From: Phoronis australis
Lineage: Eukaryota > Animalia > Phoronida
Reading direction: 5' to 3'
DNA: 49,569 nt
Assembly (NCBI GenBank): GCA_002633005.1
Contig: NMRA01000387.1
Location: forward strand, 120,741-170,309
Under the pieces are notes generated by a model. The model searched no databases, was not told the DNA's origin, and saw only the letters and a program-made list of their open reading frames with translations. Positions 14,001-26,000 of the stretch are shown here, in pieces; within the stretch, counting starts at the first letter, position 1; the number at the start of each line of letters is the position of its first letter. Made by a program: the position numbers and the translations under genes.

Positions 14001-17000
14001 TAACAACAATATTTGATGTTGTAGTTACTGACGAATCGGAGCCTGAGTTGCAGATGATAGTATATTTAGCAATCGAAAACTGAGACAGAAGTGTCACATA
14101 ATTATCAGTTTTGATCCAGATGTTACGTTTGGGACCCGACTACATGTTGAGTCTTATTTATGGTGCTGCAATTGTATTACTTTAAACTATTTTTAGAAAG
14201 TTTGATGATCGAACCGAATAACAATGTCGAGTCAATATTGACCTGTCTTTTGAACTTTCCACACGCACAGTTGAAGTAGTGCGGAAGGTGAATACGGAAA
14301 ACAAATATAACATGGCTGTATTGCACTCGACTGATTCAACACGAATGGGACAATATTCACGAGTGAGAAACAACATGACCGCTGGTCCTCTTAAATCAGA
14401 CCGACTCACCCAAAACAGGACATCTGGGGATCAAATGGGACCGTCGCACCAGAAAATGGGACTGACGCACCTAAAAACATGACCGCCCCACCAGAAAAAC
14501 CAGAAAACAGGACCGCCGGGGACTGAACATGACCGCCGGGGATTGAAACCGCAGTGACAAACAAGTTAAGATTTACTACGGGTAGGCCTACACAGATCAT
14601 ACAATGGAGCTATATACGTATGCATATGCAGGTCTTGTGCCGATTAATACAACGAAATCTTTTGTGCGCTACAGGACACTTCGCTTTGTAACACGTGGCG
14701 CTTTTGAGTTTTAACCACAAACCAACCAGGTTGCAAGCTTTTGAGCTAAATAATTATAACTTTATCCACAGCGTAAGTTTTACAACAAAATGAAAATCGT
14801 TTTCTCCAATTTGACGTTTTAGTCAAGAAAAAAAACGGGTGTTCTGGTTCTCGGATGAAGCATCATAACTAGCCTTTGTGCGGCAAAGCAGTAACTAAAT
14901 ATACAGCTTGGCGGTGATGTGGATAAAACACTGAACATATAAAATCTTCACCGAATTAGTGTTATTAACGACACTCTTCCTAGAGTAAACTAAATTATAT
15001 ATCGGCGCTCGCCGGGAAAAATTGTCGTTCTGTCGTTACTCTGCTGCTAAAATTGAGATGCGTTCTTTCAGGTCGGCTTACATTGACCAGTTCCATAATT
15101 TTTTTACCGTTCAGTCAGCTCTTCTTCTCTTCTACGAGGTTGCGCACATGGCACAACAAATTATTGTCATAAGTTTTTAGTATTTTAATACCAGCAAATC
15201 GAATTTCAGAACAAATCGTGCTGCTGCAAAGTTGAGTCATCATCTTCCGAAAGATGTCGCAAAATTTTAGGACATGTCGCGTGATCATGACACGAGCGCG
15301 ATAGACTCTTTCGTTACATTAGGCAAAAAAAATGACGTTCATTAGATTGTTTTTCACTTAAGCGGCTGCAACCTGCAAGGTAAGTGTTGATTGACTCCTA
15401 GATTTTGCATGCACCTGCTCCGCTCACTAGCTCTACATGTTGATATAAGTTTCACGACGAGGTGACGAGCAGAACTATACCTGGGCTGTGGGAAATTTCG
15501 GGGATGTAACGGAGCTCCATAACGCAGTGCTACCAGCTTTATTTTGGCCAGTCTTTACACAGCTGACCGGTTACGTAATCACAAGCAGTATCAAGACAAT
15601 GATAACTACATATTGTTCGGGGGCCATGTTCAGTCCCCGGCGGTCCCGTTTTCTGGTGGGGCGGTCATGTTTTTAGGTGCGTCAGTTCCATTTTCTGGTG
15701 CGACGGTCCCATTTGATCCACGGACGTCCTGTTTTGGGTTGGTCATTCCGATTTAGAGGACCGGCGGTCATGTTGTTTCTCACCCCCGTGACATTCTTAT
15801 TTTCCTTTCTTTGTCAACAGTGTTTTGCAGTTTGGCATTTATTCAGAGGCTCTTTCATACTAAATTAACTCAGGTATCAGCATAGCATCAATGTAAACTG
15901 AGAACAAGTTAATTGAACCATTCATACTAGCTTTGGTAGTAAACCACACTGTTAGTAAACAGTAGGTGATGACATAACTTCAGGTAGTGCTGATACATTC
16001 CATGTGCACTAAGATTTTTTAAAAAAAAAATTATCACATTAAAATGTGATAATTTGTGAGTATTTACGTGTGATGATTAACATAAAACTTATTTCTAATT
16101 CAATGTGTGATTATTCGAGCAAACCATTAGCAAATAATAGCAACTACACTGCCCTTTAATTGTTGACAATAGCAGTGGCCCCTGGCGATAACTTCAATGA
16201 GACTTAAGTTGACCATTCATACCACACCACAGTGTTGATGCTAGGCTTTTACATCCACCCGCTTACTGCAAAGTTAACTACCACAGCTAACTTCGATCCA
16301 GGACCGAAGTTAACTGTTTATACTGACCGCAATTTACCAAAACATCGTCTCGTTGACTATACTATGGCAAAACTTCTGGAGATTCATAATACCTTCAACA
16401 GCAGATATTCTCACATCACTGAAGTCACAGACGACGTCGGGTAGCACGTAATTTTCAGGATCTCCTATTTCATAAGTAAGTTGTTCTGATGCCGCTGCCA
16501 CAGAAACAAGGCCGCCTGTATTATGGGGCTTTGTGAGAACAAAGTCACCGTTCTCTTCACATTCAACCACTGGGAAACCGATGTTGTCCCTAAAACACAA
16601 AGTAGTAGCACGTAATTCAGCAAATTCAATATGAATTAACCAGGACGATGTCTGACTTGACATCAGTCAGCTTGAAGACTAGCCTACAGATTTCACTTGA
16701 AATGAAACTGACATTTTGGGCTAGCAGGGGGTAATTAGTCCACATAGTGGTTGTAAATCATGGGTGCCATTCACACAAAATAGGCCTTTTGACATTAACA
16801 TGGAAGGTCAGTGAAAGTGGTTCTTTAGGCACTTTCCCATTAGGGGAATTTCGATTTACCAAAACTTCGCTGAAATCTTGCTTACTTTTCCGACTAGACT
16901 GCGATATGGAAGTTATCGCTAAGATACCAGACGACGCAGTTCATTCGTACTCTTAAATGAATATTGAGTCTAGTGGGTTCGTGGCTAACTGAAAATTGAT

Positions 17001-20000
17001 ATCCTGAGTGTTTATGAAAATGATCAGTGTCATTCTTCATCATGTATAATGCCTTCTTTTATTTATTTAAGTCTGTCTATTGAGAGCCCGTCGACTATGC
17101 TATTGTTCCCACTACTACAACGAAGTTTTGGTGAGTACCAAAGCTTCGTTTTTAAATCCTGTTTTCACTGAAAGTTCGCTTGCAGATTAACTACCGGAGT
17201 TAACCTTTCCCACTTACTGAAACTTTGGTAAAAGCGAAGTTTTGTCTCTAATGGAAAAGCGACTTTCGTGAACCCTGCTCTTAGTCACACAGCTATCCCA
17301 ATTAGTGACCTGTGTAAGTAAATACCGCATAACAAAGGGTTTGTGGTACTGGCTAAGAAAAAAAATTATTACCCCCTATAGGTTTTGGATAGTCAAGACA
17401 CCATGCTATTGTGGTTAATAAAATCGCCATAGGATGCTGATACCATCGTTCTCTAGATAATGAGATCCAGCATAAACACACTAGGAGCCAAATTTTCATT
17501 TGGAAAGTTTGTAAACAGCATGACTTTGTTTGAATAGTTTGTGAAAAACACACACATGATAAGGTTTTTGAATTTTGAAAATTGGACAAGAAATGCGCAA
17601 TACATTCTTTATTAATTCTGCTGAGTGTGCAACATAATTGGGCCAATTACCAAACCACCAGGCAGCAGTTGGATTTTGGGGTAAGCCAAGTGTTACTGTG
17701 CAATTCTTGGTATGGTTATGGTGTAACCAGATCAAATGATCGATTCTCAGACACAGTACTCTTCATGAATATTTTGTCTAAAGGCAGCACCTGAATCACT
17801 GAAGAGTAACAATGGGATTGCTCCTTACGCCTGATATATGAGCTTCATGAGGCATCTCACCCCCTGATGTCCTTCAGACGTTTGAGTGTCGTTTTGTTGG
17901 CACTCATTCAACAAAGTCCTCATGAAGTTACTATACTATAGAACACTTGGAAAATCCAAAAAATAAGACTGGCTGAAACCAGCAGTTGGTCTTAATTAAT
18001 GGTACAATATGCATAATCATATTAAAGGAGAAACATTTTGACAACCTTATAGTTGTATTGTACCTCAACTGCTGGGAACAGACGTCTTGTACTGAAGTAC
18101 GAAAATTGTCGATAGCAAAGCAAAAATGCAGCTGAAATAAACAAAGGAAACAACAATATGGCGAACTCACACCAATTCAGGGTAAAATATGTCAAAACAA
18201 GTAAAAAAAATTTCATTTCTTTCATAAAAGGTAAGTAACACCAAACAAATACTAATTATCATTTCCAAGCTTTATACTTGTCTATAGTTACCACCAGACA
18301 ATATTCTAACAAATTGTAGGATTGTTTTCGTCTTAATTACTCATCTAATAATGCCTTACCAATCAGGGACGGTCTCCCAGTCAGTAAATATCCCACCAGT
18401 TGCCTGGGCTCCACACTCTATGAGATGGCCAGCCAAGCTGCATTAAAAACACAAAAGTTTTCAAATCTTCCAGGGAATTAAAATTACCTGGTGCATGAAT
18501 GGTGACCAGGTGTTACTATCACGTAACCATAGCAATAAAGACAATTCTCAGTCAATTCTGATTTCATAAGAGGTGAACCAAAGGGTATAGACCCAAGTAG
18601 CATGCTTTTCTTCCTGACAGTTTAATGTGGTTTCAAAAATCAATCTTCTAATTAAAAATTTAAATAAAAGTCTCCAGCCTATGCTCAAGTGACTTACAAC
18701 AATTTCTTATTGGGTTTTCTTCTATTAAGTTTTCAACATAACTTCTAAAAAACTAGACAATGTTAATAACATTAATTGTGTTTTCTTCTACTACGTTTTC
18801 AGCATATGACTTGAACGCTTTACTTCAACAAAACAGCTTGCAACCACATGCCTTTACCATTCTATAGTGTCTGGTCTCTATCCACAACGGGTCCGATGGG
18901 CTGCGGTCCCGCGACCGGCAAAATAATTTCTGTCAAAATTTATTCGCCACATTTCTTCAGCAAATTTGATAAAATTGTCCATATTTTGATTTTATTGAAA
19001 TTAAGGCGTGCTGTCGATTATTTTATCCCCATTTGCAGGCTGGTAACAGGCACTCGTCCATTCACACTGAAGGCATTTTCTTAGCCTGGGTTCCTGAATG
19101 AATTGTACTTCCGGGATCGCGGTAAGTTCAAAATGGCGGTGGTTCTTCGGGTGCGAATCGTTAGTGGCGCATTCATTTAAACTTTTTTCGAGTACGAATC
19201 GTGTATTAGTTATGGGGTAGGTACTGCTTGGATCCTCATAACATCCTGTAATCATGTAATAAGGGTTAACAACGTGAGACCAGGACTTTAAACGCGGCCA
19301 GTTCCAATTTTATCCCTCTATTTTAGGCCGAGTTTAATTTAAATGCAAAGTGGTCCCCGTATTCAGACTGAGTTTAGAGACAAACTATAAAAAACTCACC
19401 TCCCTGCAGCTAGCTTGTCAAAATCAGTTGGCTCCCATTTAAACTAAAAAAATAAGATTGTTTTTCAAAGTTAGATTGGGTACTATTATGTGATGGAAGG
19501 ACTTTGTTAATTAAACCAAATCTTCCCAAACCATTGTTGCAGTTTTATTTCTAACAGAAATTTCACTTATGTCATTCAGTGCAAAGCTGAGTCTGTTGCT
19601 TTCTAAAGTTCTGTTTAAAGTGCTGTCTATCACTTTTGCGATAGGCAAACTGATCAATAATTCCTCCATCGTGACAACCCAGCACAAGTGGAATTCCATG
19701 CCACGACGGCCAAGAGCAAACGGAACTCGAGGTCAGAGTGCCTGGAATGATGCTGGTCATGACAGTCCACTACCTGTTATGAGTAGAAACAGAACCGGAT
19801 TATGTTTAGCATGAAATGTCCTTTACAAAGAGACAGGCCAAAGCTTATCGCAAGAATACATTTTGGTAGACTTACCATGTGCATGAGCGGTGCCAGTGCC
19901 AAAGCACTGTCGGTGCATCGCCCTGTTATGACGATGTCAGCGCCCAGGTCAAGTGCTCTGACGATGGGACCAGCACTGAAATTTCAAACACGAAATGGAC

Positions 20001-23000
20001 GACACTAGACCTTAAAATTAGCATTATTTCAATCAATACAAAAATTGAATTTCAGCAAAACTCGTCAAGCTTCATTAAGCTAAAAACTCAAAATGAACAG
20101 AGCAACCACAAATAAAACTGAATAACCGGAACATTAGTGTAAATGTTTTCACCTGAAATTTTTTGACCTTTGACAAATTTAAAAGAGACTTTATCAACTT
20201 CTTTTGAAAACTAGAGTCAAATATAGTGAGACAAAAACTATACTGTCCAGCACTTTATGTGTTCATTCTCAGACATTTTGTCCTTTTGCTTTTATTAATA
20301 AGTGAGATTTAATTATTTTTCATAAATAGTTGTGTGGAACATGAGACCTAAACTGTGACTTAAGTCTTAAATCATATTTCATGAAATGGAATGTGAAAAC
20401 CATAAAAAGATACTAAATCCTGTTTTGGCGATTTCAACCAGTCCTCATTCTGTCATCTGATAATGTATCATTTGGCATCTCACTTGAGTGACAGAAGCAG
20501 GTTTGAACTAAAAACTCACATTCTTGTCACAGGTTGGATATTATGGTTCTTGGTGGGTAATCTTTCCCCATAGTTAATGTGTAACTTGCATTAAGGTCAG
20601 TTACCCATTATGTAGACTTTGAAAGGAGTTCAAATTTTTCTCCTAACTTTTGAGGGTTGTCGACTGTGGCAAGTATTATTTTGTTCCAGAGTACTAGATA
20701 GAAAAGATGTTTTTTCCTACCTGTTAATAGGCCAAAACCAGGTTCAGTATCCTTTTAAGTTTCTTCCACAGCAATTGTTATTCTTTGTTCTAATTGAAAC
20801 AAGTCACAATAAATTGCCTAAAAGTCCCCCGTCAGCCATACTGCCTTGGCCACTGAATCTAATCTGCAAAAGGTGCGGATTTATTTCCTTTGAAATACTT
20901 ACCCAAGATATGCGTTCATGCTGTGGATAGTTTTGGGAATGTGTTGTCCAGATTCCATTTCTCTGACACCTTGCTCTGTCAGAGCAGAAATCTGTAAAAT
21001 ACTGAATTGTCCACCAGTTGTGTTAAAGTAACCATCAATCGCCATGATAACCATTCGCATTTGATCAATTTGAAATAACTTTTTAACTGAGTGCACAATC
21101 GTTTTTGCCATATTTTCATTTCTGCTGTGAACACAAATTTCAACAAAACCTAAACTGAAAGAGACAGTACTTGAATTATATGATTATTCTTACATTCACT
21201 GTGCATGGATTTTATGATTTTTCATTAAATTAGTCATAAGCAGCAAAGCTCAGAAAATGTAGATATTGAGACCAAGTGAGTGGTCCAACTTGAAAGTAAG
21301 AATTTGGAGAAATCCCAAAAGGTGGGTAGACTGGTGGCTTGATAGTAACATCACTGTCTTAGCTACGTAGACAATATTTTTGGTGAAGAGCAATTTATTA
21401 AAATAGACAAGGTAAAATGTGTGCCAAGATAATTCCATTAATCATTCTAAGACAGTTTTAACCACAAAATATGGAATAGGACATTTGAACTCCAAATTAA
21501 CCTTTGACATGAGGTCATCACCAGTCACCACGGCAATATTTAGATCAACTCCAGACTTCTTGGCCACTTCTGAGAGTGCTGCTGCACATCCTAAAGGATT
21601 GACGCCACCAGCATTGCTGATCACACGGATACCTAAAAGCACAGCCCATGACAATCACTGCCAGTCGTAACCATAGGAACAAGACACCATGATGACCTCT
21701 ACCTCACTCAAGACGTATCGCAGTAAAATCTTACCAATTATCCATATTGTGTTCTTTAATTCATTTTTCAAAGGCGTCTAATAATATTGAACATTGTGAT
21801 TGCCTACAATTCTTCAAAACATCCTGTGAAGGTTGCAACGGTAGACAACTCGAAAGTGGTAAACCATGAATGGCATTACTCATCTTTCAATAGGTAAAAA
21901 TGAGAAAATGAATTAAATAATTCACTAGCCTGCCATACTGTCCTAAATTGATATTTTATGGAAGCGGAGTTGCAAAAAAAACTTTAACAAGGCTCCACCA
22001 GTTAATAATAAATACAACAATGATGACACTGCGTCTCTTTACAGCCCCATGCAGCACCACCTTTGAGAACCATTTTTGGTTCATGTTTTGTTTTTATTGG
22101 GGGAGTTAGCATACATATGATAATACCATAGACTGAATGGAGTTCACAGATTGCTTCATTTGACCTTATTCAGTACTGCATTGGACTTCAAGTCTAAAAT
22201 TTTAAAACTGACGCAGAGATAACTGAACAAACACTTGTCTACTACTAAACCAGTGTTAGAAATTATAATTTTAACAGAAATCATTAATTTTGCTTATATA
22301 GAGACAGGGTAACTAGATGGTTGAGCAGCTATCGCCCACATCAAAAAGTTGTTCAGATTCCAACAGATGGCACTGCTATACCCCCTCCAGTAAGAAGGTC
22401 TCTTGCTCTGTAGTTCACTTTGCATACGTCAATTTGCATTTTTTGTTAACCTATGTCTGTAAACTAGCATGTGGTGCAATAGTATTATATCAAGGCACTA
22501 TATTGTGTAATTTATCTAATAAAACCATTTTAAGACAAATTATAGTGCTTCATATGCTAGTAGTCAGAGGGTGTGGTAAGTACGAGCACACACCCTCAAC
22601 AACAATGAAATATTTAGGTCTACCTGGGACAACTCAAAGAGGTGCAGAAAGCAAAGCAAAATATGCTCACCTACTGGCTACAGGCATGCTATATAAATAA
22701 TGGTACTTTATTATCGTGTGTTATGGTTTTCTACTTTATTACCAAGCATGAGGCAGTTACCTTTCTTTTTGATGTCTGTTAAGAATGGACCAACTGCAGC
22801 CCTTATGAAATCTGGTGTATACCCCATCTCCTGAAAATGAATGTTTACCTAATACCTCTACAACAACGTAAATATAATGAATTCCAATAAACACTATGGT
22901 TAAGTTTCCTAAAACTATAATAAAAATAATGGTCAAAATGGTCTTTTTCCATTTTTTCTCATTTTTCAAAAGTTCACTGCACTCATGTTAAAAATGCTCA

Positions 23001-26000
23001 AATTTCACCATGCGTTCGTTTGTGACAGCTGTGAAATTTTAAAAATGAAAAACAAAATTCCCTTGTTTTTAACACATTATGTTCTAAATTGCACTGAAAC
23101 TTTACTATAACTTGCAATCCAAAAGCTAGTAACAACTCACAAATTCAGGGCACAATATGACAGATAAGTGAAATTTAGTCTTCCTGATTTTTCATAAAAG
23201 ATATTAAGCAGAGAACCAATTATTCACAAATTTTATATCATAACTAGGCATCAGACAAGATGTTGCTCAGGAAATTAATGGCCGTTGAAAAAAATCTATT
23301 TGGCAATTATTTTAGTTCAAAATTGGTGCGATTTTACCGTAATTTTTTAGGCTAACTGGGTCATTTATGTCAAATAAACCAGTCAGGAGTTAACTAACAT
23401 AACTCAGAACAACACTGCACCAGGTTGCAATGATCACCATTATACACTGGTAAGTACTGCTAAGTAGTGGTTTCACACTTTAGGTCAACATACAGGCACT
23501 TTCTGTTTAGCCGCTGTAAGAAGAGACATGGTGATCTCTGACAGGTAGTCAGCCACAAGGAAGTCAATGTCCCCATTGTAGATTAGTTGTGGAGCTGTAA
23601 GAACAAGATGAGGGGCAAGGATTGACTGAGACTGATCAGGAACCGCTGTGAACCCCTTTTGTTCAAAGACCTAACTTTTGATATTAAATACTTGCCATTA
23701 ATAAAATGATCTCAAAATTGATGTTTACTTATAGTAGGAGGGATGTCTGTGCTTGACAAGAACACATGGTTTGTTTTTTAGCTCAAAATCAGATTCAATC
23801 TAAGGGTTGTCTGACTCAGTGAGTCATTTTAAACACTGAGCCTGGTCACAACCAATTAGTGAGTTGTGAGTTCTGACTGAAGACCATAACATTTAGTTAG
23901 TCTCAGTAAGAAACAAGCTAGAAGGATGACGTCATGTCCCCTAGCGTGACCACTATAAAAATGGACAGTTGACAATTTGCGCAACTTAATGAAGAACTGT
24001 TTGAAAAAAGTTTGATCGTGAGAGTATTTGTTTGAAATGGAGAAGAATTAAAGACATCAACGGCCTCCTAAAGATTTCCTGTTGCAGCCCAAACCTTTCC
24101 ATGCACCAAACTGAAGCTCCCAAATTTCTGCCAGTAGTTTGTGAATTTTTTAATGCTTATCCGAACCAAAATTGATGACGAGTGCAAGTTCATATGGATT
24201 AATCACATGAGGAGTGTCCTGTGAAACTATTATGCATCACCCCGCACTCATTATCATCAATTCCGGTTCTGATAAACATTACAAAATGATTAATCCATAA
24301 ACCACAGACAGTAATTTGGGCATTCACGCATCAGTTTGACTCATCAACCCACGCGAAACTGAAGTGCGCCAAATGAGTTTGCCACAGGCTTTGGGCTGCA
24401 TAAACCTATACAAAAGGTACTTATAGCAACATGATTTTGATATTTTAATAAGTGTGAGGCATAATTCGCCGAAAAGTTTCTCATGAATGTAGGGCCTATG
24501 GGATGACTACCATCTCTACTGGGGCCAGTTGAGACGTGGTACTGTCTAGTCAATGTCTCACATACTAGTAGGCAATGACCATCGCCTCTGTTGGCCCGAA
24601 CCAGAGGCGATGTAGAGGCTATAGGCGCTCTGTACGCCGGAAGCTTTTCGGCAAATTATGCCTCGCACCGACTAAACCATCAAAGCCACGTTGTTATAAC
24701 TACCTTTTGCGCATAGACGAACACCTTAGGAGGTTGTCGATGTGTTTAAGTTCTTCCAACTAGAACAAATACTCCCGTTATGAAACTTTTTCTTCGAGCA
24801 GTCCCTATTTCAGTTCCCAAAATCGTGAAATCAACTTTTTCATTTTTTTAACCAGGCCGAAGGTCAGAAGTTGCGGACCTACCGGCGAACTTTGAAAGCT
24901 GAAGTTCCCGCCCTTCGCGTACGTGCTGCCGGGAACCAGCCGTGCATTTGCCGTGTTGTTAAACATTAAAATGTCAAATATGTGCACATGGACTATTAAA
25001 TGTCATATCAACAGCATTTATTTTTATCAAATACAAACAATGATTCATTGAAATACAATCAGTTTCAAGTAACGCCAATTAAAGACAAGTATAAGTGGTG
25101 GCATTTTGGAAACGAACATTTGACTGACAAGACCGCAATAACTCACCTTTGGCCTATTTAAAGATTGAGGTCATGAATTGGAGCGTGCGCAGTATAAAAA
25201 TGGTGAGTTCACGATTTTGGGAACTGAAATAGGGACTGCTCAAAGAAAAAGTTTCATAACGGGAGTATTTGTTCGAGTTGGAAGGAATTAATCACATCGA
25301 CAACCTCCTAAGGTGTTCGTCTATGCGCAAAAGGTAGTTATAACAACGTGGCTTTGATGGTTTAGTCGGTGCGAGGCATAATTCGCCGAAAAGCTTCCGG
25401 CGTACAGAGCGCCTATAGCCTCTACATCGCCTCTGGTTCGGGCCAACAGAGGCGATGGCCATTGCCTAACATACTAGTAGACAGTGACCACTGTCTCTAG
25501 CTGGCTCAGAAAAGACGGTGTAGCTCCTGTAGGAGCTTCATACGCCAGAAACTTTTTCGACAAATTATGCCTCACACCAGCTAAAACAATTCAAAGTCAC
25601 AGGTGTCCTCAGCTTCTGACCGTCCCCAATACACTACATAGAATACTACAAACAGTTCTTCATTCAGTTCCCAAAATCAGAAACTATGGTCATTTTTTGG
25701 CAGGTGATATGAAGTCCTTCCGTGTGCGCAGTATAAAAATGGCCAATTACTGATTTTGGGAACTGAATGAAGAAAATTTGATGACAGGAGTATTTCTTCG
25801 AGTTCCAAGGAATTGAACTCAAAGACATCGACGGCCTCTAAGCCTAAGGAGTGCGCAAAAGGTACTTATAATAATGTTTCTTTGATTTTTAAATCAGTGT
25901 GACGCATAATTCGCCAAAAATCTTCTGGCGTATGAAGATCCTATAGCAGCTACACCGTCTCTACAGAGCCAGCTAGACGGTGGCCACTGTCTTCTTAGTG

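Noticed and set aside
14406-15756. Two similar ORFs as paralogous small genes
   Set aside because: They are the two arms of an inverted repeat
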